DNA of 64,000 bases from Deltaproteobacteria bacterium (GTDB lineage: Bacteria; Myxococcota_A; Polyangia; Fen-1088): assembly GCA_033763315.1 (NCBI GenBank), contig JANRKS010000002.1, positions 32,001-96,000 on the forward strand, in the 5' to 3' direction. The notes under the pieces are model-generated. The model was not told the DNA's origin. It ran no database searches and was given only the letters and a program-made list of their open reading frames with translations. This document shows positions 54,434 to 63,998 of the stretch, piece after piece (positions within the stretch are counted from its first letter, which is position 1; every line of letters begins with the position of its first letter). The translations under genes were made by a program, and so were the position numbers.

Positions 54434-55846
54434 GTGAAGTCTGCCGCACAGCGAGCCCGGATTGAACGTGGCGACTGGCAAACGCCGCGCACGCTCGCAC
54501 GTGAGGTTATGGATGTGGTCGCAACCACATCGCCGCCACCCGCCAGCGTGCTTGAACCCACGTGCGGCGTGGGTGCGTTGTTGCACGCTGCCGCTGAGTT
54601 TTTTCCTCGCTCGCAGTTGTTCGGTTTTGATGTGGCCGAGGCGCACCTAGAGGCGGCGCGCGCGGCACTAACGCACACAGCCGCCACCTTCGTGTGTGCG
54701 GACTTTTTCAATGTTGACTGGGATGATGTGGTGGCGAAGTTGCCGCAGCCAATCTTGGTGCTGGGCAATCCACCATGGGTGACGAACGCGGCCGTCGGAG
54801 CCCTCAACGGCACCAACTTGCCAGCGAAGTCAAATTTCAAAGGGGATCGCGGCCTCGAGGCGCGCACGGGCCGAGGCAACTTCGACGTGTCCGAGTGGAT
54901 GCTGCTGCGGCTGCTGCGCGCGTTGCAGGGAACACACTTCACCCTGGCCATGTTGTGCAAGGCAGGGGTGGCGCGGCAGGTGTTGCTTCAATCCACGGGG
55001 ATGAAGGTCGCGGGTGCGCTTTATGAGATTGATGCGCGTGTGCACTTCGACGCCACCGTGGACGCTGTGCTGCTGGTTCTGCGATCAAAAGAGCGGGTGC
55101 AGACCGTTTGGCCGGTGTATCCGAGCTTGACCGCCGCCGCGCCCACGCGCACTTTGGGAATGCACGACAACGCGTTGGTCAACGACGTTATGTTGGCGAA
55201 GGAAACAGCATTTCTTGAGGGCCCTTCAGACCTCACGTGGCGTTCGGGGCTTAAACACGATTGCTCGGCGGTAATGGAATGGACACAAGCAACGGGCGGT
55301 TGGCAAAATGGCTTGGGTGAAGTGGTGCCCCTTTGGGACGAGGGCCACCTTTATCCCTTGTGCAAGGGCTCGCACGTGGCCGCAGGGCGCGGCCCCAACC
55401 ATCGCGTGCTCGTCACGCAAACGAAGTTAGGGCAAAACACGCGAGAGCTTGAACAAGCGGCGCCCCACACGTGGTCTTATCTGCAGCGGCATGCCTCAAG
55501 GTTTGCCGCGCGCAAAAGCCGCATCTATAACGGGCAACCACCGTTCGCGATGTTCGGCGTGGGTGATTACTGCTTTGCCAATTTTAAGGTGGCGATCTGT
55601 GGCCTTTACAAGCGATTGGCGTTCCACGTCGTGGGCCCTCACGACGGGCGTCCGGTGATGTTTGATGACACCTGCTATTTCTTGCCGTGCACTTCGCTAG
55701 AACAAGCGCAATCGCTGACGCAAGCGCTTAACGGCGATCTAGCGCAACGATTTTTGCGGGCGCGTCTGTTCGTCGACAGCAAACGCCCGGTGACCAAGGC
55801 TTTGTTGGCTCGGCTGTCGTTGCCCCGCCTCCTGTCACACTCTTAA
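54434..55846 (+). CDS. Orphan amino (probably N6-adenine, gamma-class) DNA methyltransferase
   Basis: Motif X GDWQTP, motif I LEPTCGVG, DFF, motif IV GNPPW, then a C-terminal TRD-like region (WRSGLKHDC, RKS.IY). Confidence 0.85.
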   Translation: MKSAAQRARIERGDWQTPRTLAREVMDVVATTSPPPASVLEPTCGVGALLHAAAEFFPRSQLFGFDVAEAHLEAARAALTHTAATFVCADFFNVDWDDVVAKLPQPILVLGNPPWVTNAAVGALNGTNLPAKSNFKGDRGLEARTGRGNFDVSEWMLLRLLRALQGTHFTLAMLCKAGVARQVLLQSTGMKVAGALYEIDARVHFDATVDAVLLVLRSKERVQTVWPVYPSLTAAAPTRTLGMHDNALVNDVMLAKETAFLEGPSDLTWRSGLKHDCSAVMEWTQATGGWQNGLGEVVPLWDEGHLYPLCKGSHVAAGRGPNHRVLVTQTKLGQNTRELEQAAPHTWSYLQRHASRFAARKSRIYNGQPPFAMFGVGDYCFANFKVAICGLYKRLAFHVVGPHDGRPVMFDDTCYFLPCTSLEQAQSLTQALNGDLAQRFLRARLFVDSKRPVTKALLARLSLPRLLSHS

Positions 55847-57210
55847 GCCGAAAGCGCGCTGATCTCGCCCTTCGAATCGGCGAACGCCGTCACTTTCACA
55901 CCCATCCGGCCAAGCAGCGATAACCACAAGTCACTCATGGGCGTGCCGGGCGGCATCTTGATGTGCCGACCGGGTCCAAGTGTGTTGTTCCCGCGTCCGA
56001 ATACCAACGTTGGTAGGTTCCTGTGCTGGTGTTTGTTCCCGTCCGACAAGCCGCTGCCGTACACCAACATCAGCGAATCCAATAAACTGGCATCGCCTTC
56101 CCGCGTGGCTTTGAGCTTGGCCACAATCCGCGCCAGCTGGCCCACGTGAAACGCATCAATCTTCTCAAGCATTGCAATCTTGTGCGGCTTATTTGAGTGG
56201 TGCGAAAGATCGTGGTGTCCCTCGAAACACTCAAGCGACGGGAAGGTGCGGTTGCTGAGTTCACGGCTAAAGATGAAGGTGGCAATGCGCGTGCTATCGG
56301 TTTGCAAAGCCAACACCAACAGGTCGCTCATGATCTTCAGGTGTTCTTCATATGTCGCCGGAAACGCCGTGGGGCGGTGCGCGCCCTTAGGGATGCGAGG
56401 GGTGGGAATATGCGCGGCGTTTTGCAGCTGCAGTTCCACCGAACGCACGGACGTATAATATTCGTCCAACTTCTGTTGGTCGGCCTTGCCTACCCCGCCG
56501 CTCAGCTTCTTCGCGTCTTTCGCCACGAAATCCAGCACACTTCGACGCTCCTGTATCCTGGCCGCTTGTGCCGCCTTTGCCCTCGAATCGTGTGCACCGG
56601 TTGGCCCAAAAATGCGTTCGAACACAAGCCGCGGATCCACCTCCGGTGGCAGTGGGCTGGTGGGGGACCGCCAAGACAATGTGTTTTGATAGGCGCAGCT
56701 ATAGCCGCTGTCACACGCGCCCGCCTGTTGCCCGCGATCGCAGATAAGCTCAAGCGAGGGCAAGCGGGTCAGGTGCCCCAGCTCCGCGGCCGCGAGCTGA
56801 TCCACCGACACACCCAAGGAAACGTCGGCTGCGGTCTTCTTAGGGTGTGCACCGGTTAGATAGCTTGCGCAGGCGCGCGCGTGATCGCCAGGCCCATCGC
56901 CCAGCGCTTCGCCATTGGCGTGGTCGAGCCCCGAGATCACAAGAAAGTCATCGCGAAACGGCGCCAGGCCAGCCAAGGTGGGCGATAGCGTATAGCCTTT
57001 GCCTTCGTTCTCGGGCAGCCACTTGTTCATGATCATCCCGTTGGGCGTGTACATGAACACCAAACGTTTCGGCGCAAGGTGGGCCGGCGAGGCGGCGCTG
57101 GCTCGATTGCCTATGGCTGACATGGCCTCAAGCCAAGGCAGCAGTAGTGTGGCTCCCAGCCCGCGCAACGTCGCACGCCGTCCCAGGGTTTTGTTTTTCA
57201 ACACGATCAT
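55843..57210 (-). CDS. DUF1552 protein, copy 5 (canonical, planctomycete-like)
   Basis: ATG 57210 overlaps the upstream TGA; GRRATLRGLGA...LPWLEAM, GDHARA, S.DQ, CDSGYSCAY...SW, HHDLSHH, LLDS...GSG.SDGN.H.H. Confidence 0.95.
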   Translation of the reverse strand: MIVLKNKTLGRRATLRGLGATLLLPWLEAMSAIGNRASAASPAHLAPKRLVFMYTPNGMIMNKWLPENEGKGYTLSPTLAGLAPFRDDFLVISGLDHANGEALGDGPGDHARACASYLTGAHPKKTAADVSLGVSVDQLAAAELGHLTRLPSLELICDRGQQAGACDSGYSCAYQNTLSWRSPTSPLPPEVDPRLVFERIFGPTGAHDSRAKAAQAARIQERRSVLDFVAKDAKKLSGGVGKADQQKLDEYYTSVRSVELQLQNAAHIPTPRIPKGAHRPTAFPATYEEHLKIMSDLLVLALQTDSTRIATFIFSRELSNRTFPSLECFEGHHDLSHHSNKPHKIAMLEKIDAFHVGQLARIVAKLKATREGDASLLDSLMLVYGSGLSDGNKHQHRNLPTLVFGRGNNTLGPGRHIKMPPGTPMSDLWLSLLGRMGVKVTAFADSKGEISALSA

Positions 57211-59753
57211 GGTTGTGTTTCCGAGGCTGTTAAGGGCGGGGTGTTCGCGGGAATGCGGAATTGGCGGGCCGGCTCTTCGTCGCCGCGCGTGTATAAAAAC
57301 AGTGGGCTTTGCACCACCGCCAAGATGAAGTCGCGGAAGCGATAGCCCTTGGCCTGCGTGGACTGCATGATGGATTCCACCACGCACTTGTCCGCAGGGG
57401 CCAGGCCGCGCGCCAACGCATACGTCAACAACCGTGTGGTGAACGCTTTGACGAAGGCTTCGCGTTTGCTTTCAGACAAGATTTGCAGCAGTTCGGCAGA
57501 ATCCTTGAACTTCTTGCCGCTAAATTCCCCGCTGGCGTCCACGGGCTCGCCTTTGTCCCTCGTGCGGTATTCCCCGATGCCGTCGAAGTTCTCAAGCCCA
57601 AACCCAATGGGATCCATCCGCGCGTGGCACGTGGCGCATGCAGGGTTTTTGCGATGTTCCTCCAGCAGGTGGCGCACGCTGCCTTTGACGTCGCGGCCCT
57701 CCGGCAGCTCGGGCACGTCTGGCGGTGGTGGTGGTTGTGGCGCGTTCAGCAAGGTTTCAAGCACCCACTTGCCTCGTTTCACAGGTGACGTACGTGTGGT
57801 GCTTGAGGTGATGGTTAAGATGCTCGCGTGGGTCAGCACCCCACGCCGAGGCGTGCCGGCCAAGCTCACTTTGCGAAATTCAGGACCACTGACATCGGCG
57901 AGTCCATAGTGTTTGGCCAGGAGCTCGTTGGCGAACGTATAGTTGGCGCTGAGAAAATCCAACACTGATTCATTGTTCTGCAGCACGTGCGCGAAGAAGC
58001 GCACCGTTTCTTCCTTCATGGCTTCACGCAGAGGCTCGTCGAACTTCCTGTAAATGAAGAAGGCCGGCGCCGCGTCGTCGATGTTGCGGAACTGCAGCCA
58101 CTGGCCGCCGAAGTTCATCACTAAACGCTTCGCCTTGGGATCGTCAACCATGCGATTGACCTGGGCCCTCAAGTTCTGGCGCAGCCGACCTGCGTCTGCG
58201 TCCGCGCGCAAATTCTCATCGGGGGGACCGCTCCACAAAAAGTAAGACAGGCGTGCCGCTAACGCATGATCGTCAAGCGGCATCACCTGCCCCGACGCGG
58301 GTTGCGATGGGGCTCGATCAAAGCGAAACAAAAACGGCGCCGACACAAGCGTGGCTTGCAGCGCGCGGCGCACGCCGTCCTCGAAGGTGGCTCCAGCATC
58401 CCAGGCCGCTTGCGCCAAACGCAGCAGCGGTGGCACTTCATCATCTTTCAGCGGGCGGCGGTACGCTTGTGAAGCGAACCGCGCAATGATGGCCGTGGCG
58501 GCGGCAATGCGGTCGCCTTTTGTGGGCTGCGTGAAGAACACACGCTCGTAGCCGGGGCCTCGGTCGCGCGGCGGCGTCAACGGCCCCTGCAGCTCCAACG
58601 TATGCACGGCCATCTCCATGCGAAATGAAGGCGGCAACGCGAGGCCGGGCGGCACTGTTTCACCTTGTGACGCCAACGCCAACGCCGGCGCATCGCGCTT
58701 GGCTGCGACGCTGATGTGATGCTTGCCGGCGGGAACGGTGAGCACAGCCTCAAACCAACCTTTGCGTTGCTTGCCAAATCGCACGCGTTCTTGGGTCTTG
58801 TCGTCCACCACAAAGCTCACCACGGGATGCTTTACCGTGATGCTTAACGCATTCTTCGCGTCGGGCGGTGGCTTTGAAGGCGCGCCAGGAATCGGCGGCC
58901 GCGTCCAGTTCTCTGCGAAGACGCGCAACCGATACTTCGTCTCGAAAGGTGTTTGCACATCAACGCCCAGTTCATCTTCTTGATCGCTGTTCAGGATCAT
59001 CCAGCCGTCGCCGCGTGGACGCGTGCCGTGCCCAGCCTCGGCGAGATCACCCGGAATGATTTGTTTGCGCGGTTTGATTGTGGTCGGATCGTAAAACGCC
59101 GCGTTGAGGGCTGTATCAGCCGCGTCCATATAGCGTTCCACCAACAGTGGCGATGAGGTCAATGCGTTGGCTATGTTGTCGAATCCGTAACCGCTGGTGT
59201 CGGCAGGCAGCAACGCCTGGAGTGGCAGGTCGATGCCCAAAAGATCGTGTACCGAGTTTTCGTACTCCTGGCGGTTGAGCCGGTGCGCTGTGGTACGGCC
59301 GGGATCGATGGCGGTGCAATCAAAGCGGAGCACTTTCGCGTCGATCCAGTGGGTCAGCAGATCGCGCTCTTGCAGCGTGGGTTGAGATTCGTCGTCGGGA
59401 GGCATGGCGAAGGCCTCGACTTGATCCACGACGGTCTGCCAGCGGTTGTGATCCGGGTTGGGGGCTGCCAACAATTCCTCCAATGAAAGCCCGCCACGCG
59501 ACTTGCCTTGCCCGTGGCAGGTCAGACAATACTTTTGCAGCACTTGGTGGGCCGCAGGGGCAACGTGGTTGGGTGCAGCCTGCGAAACCACGTGAACAGG
59601 TGCGGTGGTGCTCGCATGCAGGCGCGGGCCGCACGCCTTTGATGCCATCGCCGCGATGAAGCAAAGCGCGCAACGTTTGAGATGTGGCAGAAATGTCCTC
59701 AATTCGCTGAACCGTCGGACAGGAGACTGCCGTGATAGCGCCTTGACAGCCAA
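57207..59753 (-). CDS. Di-haem DUF1592/DUF1588 protein with N-terminal planctomycete cytochrome c domain, copy 5 (start uncertain)
   Basis: YCLTCH...MPP; HRLNRQEYEN.V.DLLG, YGFDN, LAARLSYFLWS.PPD, F.GQWL, RTSPVKRGKWVL, CATCH. Confidence 0.92.
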   Translation of the reverse strand: MAVKALSRQSPVRRFSELRTFLPHLKRCALCFIAAMASKACGPRLHASTTAPVHVVSQAAPNHVAPAAHQVLQKYCLTCHGQGKSRGGLSLEELLAAPNPDHNRWQTVVDQVEAFAMPPDDESQPTLQERDLLTHWIDAKVLRFDCTAIDPGRTTAHRLNRQEYENSVHDLLGIDLPLQALLPADTSGYGFDNIANALTSSPLLVERYMDAADTALNAAFYDPTTIKPRKQIIPGDLAEAGHGTRPRGDGWMILNSDQEDELGVDVQTPFETKYRLRVFAENWTRPPIPGAPSKPPPDAKNALSITVKHPVVSFVVDDKTQERVRFGKQRKGWFEAVLTVPAGKHHISVAAKRDAPALALASQGETVPPGLALPPSFRMEMAVHTLELQGPLTPPRDRGPGYERVFFTQPTKGDRIAAATAIIARFASQAYRRPLKDDEVPPLLRLAQAAWDAGATFEDGVRRALQATLVSAPFLFRFDRAPSQPASGQVMPLDDHALAARLSYFLWSGPPDENLRADADAGRLRQNLRAQVNRMVDDPKAKRLVMNFGGQWLQFRNIDDAAPAFFIYRKFDEPLREAMKEETVRFFAHVLQNNESVLDFLSANYTFANELLAKHYGLADVSGPEFRKVSLAGTPRRGVLTHASILTITSSTTRTSPVKRGKWVLETLLNAPQPPPPPDVPELPEGRDVKGSVRHLLEEHRKNPACATCHARMDPIGFGLENFDGIGEYRTRDKGEPVDASGEFSGKKFKDSAELLQILSESKREAFVKAFTTRLLTYALARGLAPADKCVVESIMQSTQAKGYRFRDFILAVVQSPLFLYTRGDEEPARQFRIPANTPPLTASETQP

Positions 59754-59881
59754 CTGAAAGCGGTTGCGGGTGCAGCCGTTTGCGCCGCCGACGTAGGCGT
59801 CGTCACAGTCTGGTGGTACTCGCCGCTTATTTCACACGTTTGTGGTGAAGGGGGTGGGGGGACAGGCCATTACTAAGTGGC

Positions 59882-62131
59882 ATGCGATTTTTAAGCTGTG
59901 TCGCAGTGGCCCTTGGCCTATTTTCGGGATGCTCACCACAGGGCCGCGGCTCGTCACCTGCGGAGGTGGACACAGGTGGCCAGGGCGGCGGCACCCAGCA
60001 AGGGGGCCAAGGAGGTGACGAGGGGGTGGCCGGTCGGGGCAAGGGGGGCATGGGCGGAACCGCTCTTAACGACGCCGGAGCGGCAGGTGCCGCGGGGGGC
60101 AGCGCTGTGGCAGCCTTGCCAGCAGGCCCCAAGATATTTGTTGCCACCAGCGGTAGCGACAGCGGCGGCGATGGTTCTGCGACGAAGCCTTTCGCAACGA
60201 TTGGCGCTGCCGCTGCGGCGGCCAAACCGGGAGACACGGTTGTGATCCGCGCCGGCACCTACCGCGAAACAGTTACGCCTCGGCTTTCAGGCGAGGCTGC
60301 CAATCCAATCACCTTCATGCCCTATCCGAACGAGATGGTCACTGTGTCAGGCGCCGATCCTGTGACTGGATTCACCAAGGACGCGAACAACGCCTACGTG
60401 GCCACCGCGAACTTCACCTTCACGTCCACCACCAACCAAAGCGATCAGGTGTTTTGGCAAGGCGCCATGATTCATCTGGGACGTTACCCTGATTACGGTG
60501 CCGACATCGCCCGCCCCAAGAAAGCCTCGCTCACCAAATTCATCAGGAAAAGCCGCGCCGACAATTGGACCACTGGTGTCTTTGAAGACGCAAACCTGCC
60601 CGTCAAGCCTGATGGTTTCTTCGCGGGCGCAGGAATCTACATGCAACCCGATTTTCAAGCGTGGAGTTGGACTTTTACGGGAACCGTCACCGATCACAAG
60701 GGCAAACAACTGACGCTGAAATCGCGCAACGACAGCGGCAACACATCTGACGGTTCATCTTACCCGGTTGGTTCTCGGTATTACCTGTTTGGCAAGAAAG
60801 AGCTGATGGACGCTCCCGGCGAATGGTATTTGGATCGCGCCGCGAAAAAGCTGTTCATCATTCCTCCGGACAGCAAAGCACCTACCGACGCCGATGTGCA
60901 AATGAAGCGCCGCGAGCTTTGCTTCGACCTGGACGGCAAAAGCTTCATCACCATTCGCGACCTAACCCTGTTTGCTTGCGCCATTAGCACAGACAAAGCC
61001 GCGGGTGGCGACAATGTCGGCTACGAGAGTGACGGCAAAACGCGCTACCCGTGGCGCGGTGGAGGATCCGTGGCGGCCAGCCAAGGTGTTGTCATTTCGG
61101 GCATCACGGCGCGCTACATGGATCACATCACCGATCTGTCGGGCCACTTTTATCTGCAGTGGGGCCAAAGCACAGGCATCGTGCTTTCAGGCAAGGGCCA
61201 TCGCATCGAGAACAGTCGCTTGGGCCCTTCTGCCTGCAACGGGATCACGCTGCTGGGGCAGGGCCATCGCGCCACCAACAATCTGATCGAGAACGTTGAT
61301 TACGTGTCAGTGGATTGTGCGGGCATCAACACCGGAGGTGCGGCGCCAACATCAGATCACGAGATCGATCACAACACCATTCGGTTCACGGGACGCAGTT
61401 GCATGACCACGCGCAAGTTGGCCAACTCAGACCTAGGCAACCTGAAGGCGCGCGTTCATCACAACGATTTGCATCATTGCATGTTGCAGGACTGGGACGG
61501 AGGGGGCCTTTACACGGCCGTGTCAGATCTCAAGTGGCAGCGCATCGATCACAACTGGGTGCACGACATGGACGGCTTCGCCGTCGCGGGGCTTTACACC
61601 GATTGGTGCAAGAATGTGATCGTGGACCACAATGCCATTTGGAACGTGGAGTGGGGCATCCTTCACCAAGGGTATTTCGACGACAAAGCGAACAACGCGC
61701 TTTGCTACAACAATAGCATCGCCGTTAAGAACACATCATCCACACCGTATGGACCGTTCGGCTTTGGAGGCAACAAGGGCAGCAATATGGGCACCGTGCT
61801 CCGCAACAACCTTGTGATGCTGTTAAATGAAGGCAAAGGCTATAAGCCCGTGAGTGACGCTTATGGGTCTGCGCAGTTGTCTGAAAACATGTTCTCAAAC
61901 GGAAGTTCTGGTCCCGATCTGGGCTTCACCAATCCAGCTCAGGGCGACTTTTCTTTCAAAGTCGCGAACGCTCCTGGCATCAATGCAGGCAAACCAGTGG
62001 GCTCGATCAGTCGTGATGGCTTTGACGTACCGTCTTTTAACGATGTGGCGTCGGGCGCGCCCGATCTTGGTGCTTATGAACACGGCCAGCCCGCATGGAC
62101 GGCCGGGTGCTCACTCGCGGGCTGCAACTAA
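59882..62131 (+). CDS. Lipoprotein with DUF1565-like start and right-handed beta-helix (possible glycoside hydrolase or lyase)
   Basis: Lipobox FSG-C; Gly linker; FVA..G.D..GDGS...PF.TI..A...PGDTV.IR.GTYRE; D.PGEWY; repeated I.HN strands, D.GG.YT; PDLGAYE. Confidence 0.8.
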   Translation: MRFLSCVAVALGLFSGCSPQGRGSSPAEVDTGGQGGGTQQGGQGGDEGVAGRGKGGMGGTALNDAGAAGAAGGSAVAALPAGPKIFVATSGSDSGGDGSATKPFATIGAAAAAAKPGDTVVIRAGTYRETVTPRLSGEAANPITFMPYPNEMVTVSGADPVTGFTKDANNAYVATANFTFTSTTNQSDQVFWQGAMIHLGRYPDYGADIARPKKASLTKFIRKSRADNWTTGVFEDANLPVKPDGFFAGAGIYMQPDFQAWSWTFTGTVTDHKGKQLTLKSRNDSGNTSDGSSYPVGSRYYLFGKKELMDAPGEWYLDRAAKKLFIIPPDSKAPTDADVQMKRRELCFDLDGKSFITIRDLTLFACAISTDKAAGGDNVGYESDGKTRYPWRGGGSVAASQGVVISGITARYMDHITDLSGHFYLQWGQSTGIVLSGKGHRIENSRLGPSACNGITLLGQGHRATNNLIENVDYVSVDCAGINTGGAAPTSDHEIDHNTIRFTGRSCMTTRKLANSDLGNLKARVHHNDLHHCMLQDWDGGGLYTAVSDLKWQRIDHNWVHDMDGFAVAGLYTDWCKNVIVDHNAIWNVEWGILHQGYFDDKANNALCYNNSIAVKNTSSTPYGPFGFGGNKGSNMGTVLRNNLVMLLNEGKGYKPVSDAYGSAQLSENMFSNGSSGPDLGFTNPAQGDFSFKVANAPGINAGKPVGSISRDGFDVPSFNDVASGAPDLGAYEHGQPAWTAGCSLAGCN

Positions 62132-62889
62132 GGGTTCTGCAACGAGGCCGTGCAGAACGATTGCAGGTTGCAATAGGGCAGGGCGCACGCGCCAGGGTTG
62201 GCCCCCGGATCCACGCGAAGCGCGAACTGGCCCAGCCGGCCTTCACAAGCAAAATCACGGCTTGCGCCTGGCATGCCGGACACGTCGATGGCGATGTTGA
62301 ACGCCACCTTGCCACTTGGTGCCCATGCAGCCAATCCGAGCGCCGATGCCGTCACCAAGGCCTCCACCACATATCCGTCTGTTGTCCGCCGCGCCACGAG
62401 GCTTGGCTGCGACCAAGGGCCGAGCCGTTCATAGGTTCGATAAAGGTCCGCGACCTCACTGTCACTGTTAGACGCAGGCGCTGGTATCACGATCTGCACG
62501 GCACCAGGCGCGTCGTAGGCGGGCGCTTGGCTGAACGTGCCGTCGGCATCCACAAACAGTTCAACGGCGTCGCCACAAAATAGGTTGGGGATGACCGACG
62601 CCTGTACCCGGGGCGTTGTGATTTGCACAAACGCATAGAGTCCGTCGGGCCGCCACGCCATCGCATAGCGCGCCACAAAGTCTTCAGGGAAGGGGGCCGA
62701 CGTATTCCACCCCCGCCGTGGCAATGGCTGCAGCGCCAGCCCGGGCTCCAGCGTCCCGTCAATGACGGGTGCATCAGGCAGCCGCATCAACTGTGTGCAT
62801 GCGTTGCTTTCGCGCGCCAAACTGACGTCGGGCGCGCAGCCCCCAAGCGGCAACAAGCAGACGAGAACGTGCGTGATTTTTGAACTCAC
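62128..62889 (-). CDS. Lipoprotein with CBM9-like/DOMON sugar-binding domain
   Basis: GTG 62889 overlaps the upstream TGA; lipobox LGG-C; PVIDG.L, AW..DGLY.F, GDAVELFVD, GY.VEA. Confidence 0.7.
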   Translation of the reverse strand: MSSKITHVLVCLLPLGGCAPDVSLARESNACTQLMRLPDAPVIDGTLEPGLALQPLPRRGWNTSAPFPEDFVARYAMAWRPDGLYAFVQITTPRVQASVIPNLFCGDAVELFVDADGTFSQAPAYDAPGAVQIVIPAPASNSDSEVADLYRTYERLGPWSQPSLVARRTTDGYVVEALVTASALGLAAWAPSGKVAFNIAIDVSGMPGASRDFACEGRLGQFALRVDPGANPGACALPYCNLQSFCTASLQNP

Positions 62890-63572
62890 GGGCCATCCAA
62901 CAAGCGCTGCGCCCGCTTTGCGTAGATCGCCCCCGATCGGCCAGCCAACAGCGAGCGCAGACGGCTGCGTGCTTGCTCGGGCTGCTTGAGAGCCATCCAT
63001 GCTTGCGCCGCCAGCAGCTCGCGTTCCGCTGCCAAAGCGCCGTTGGGAAATCGACCTTTGTGTTCGTCAGCGGCCGTAAGCGCCTCGGCAGGCGATGAAG
63101 CGAGCCGCTTTTGCGCGCGCACCAACAAAGCTGTCTCGGCGGCCAGATCTTGTGTCTCGGGCAGCGCGACGGCCGCGGGCGCGGGTTGTGCGCGGTGACT
63201 GCGGCGGGTGGGCTTTGCCGGGGCCACCGGATCGATGGCGGCCTCAACGCGCGGCCCCTGTGGTGCCAGCACGGGCGGTGCTGCCGGCCCGCTGACCACG
63301 GCGCGGGCCGGCAGCACCGGAGCGTGTGTGGCGTGCTTGCGGAACATGATTGCGCCACCTGTTACCACGGCCAACAACGTGACAGCCGCCATCGCTTTGT
63401 ACCAAACGCTTGCGGCTGTCACGCCACCCACGGTCACGATGCCTGCGGCCAAACGGTTACGCATGCGCTGCTGCGTGATCATCGAGAGCGATTCGCTTTT
63501 AGGCAAACCCCGCACCGCCGCCCTCAACTCTTCGGACACATCGGTGCTGTCAATCAGTCGACGTGGTTCCAT
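62886..63572 (-). CDS. Putative anti-sigma factor, single TM with C-terminal TPR-like helices
   Basis: AGGAGG RBS; TM AMAAVTLLAVVTGGAIMF; Pro linker; LAAE..LL.RA...L, H..RFP.G.LA.ERE.L. Confidence 0.7.
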   Translation of the reverse strand: MEPRRLIDSTDVSEELRAAVRGLPKSESLSMITQQRMRNRLAAGIVTVGGVTAASVWYKAMAAVTLLAVVTGGAIMFRKHATHAPVLPARAVVSGPAAPPVLAPQGPRVEAAIDPVAPAKPTRRSHRAQPAPAAVALPETQDLAAETALLVRAQKRLASSPAEALTAADEHKGRFPNGALAAERELLAAQAWMALKQPEQARSRLRSLLAGRSGAIYAKRAQRLLDGP

Positions 63573-63596
63573 CTGCGCCCTCCTTTGCCAAATGAA

Positions 63597-63998
63597 TCAT
63601 CGTGAACGCCCCGGTTTCGTTGATCTCTTCTTGCTCTTGGTGCCTTGGGCCATAGCAACGAGGTCACGCCGCGCATGGTGCAAACGCGAATAGACGGTGC
63701 CCACAGGAATGCCCAACTGCGAAGCGATCTCATCGCATGGCAGTCCGTCAATCTCGAACATCACAAACACAGCGCGGTGCTCAAGGTCCAACCGATCGAG
63801 CCAGGTTTGCATGCGTTGCCGAAACTGGTTGGCCGCGGCCCGCGCTTCAGGGGATTGGCCCTCGTGGGCCACCGCTGGTGGCTCCTCGCTGGTGAGCTGC
63901 TCTTGCCGTCGGTGTGCGCGGCGTCGGTAGGCGGCCGCCACTTTCAAACAGATCCCAAACAGCCACGCCGTGAGCTTCGCCGCGCGATCATATGTGTG
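63597..63998 (-). CDS. ECF sigma factor, 5' end outside the window
   Basis: Frame is open to the window edge: YD..AKLTAWLFGIC..VA, RAVFVMFEIDGL...EIA..LG.P.GTV.SRLHHAR. Confidence 0.92.
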   Translation of the reverse strand, partial: HTYDRAAKLTAWLFGICLKVAAAYRRRAHRRQEQLTSEEPPAVAHEGQSPEARAAANQFRQRMQTWLDRLDLEHRAVFVMFEIDGLPCDEIASQLGIPVGTVYSRLHHARRDLVAMAQGTKSKKRSTKPGRSR

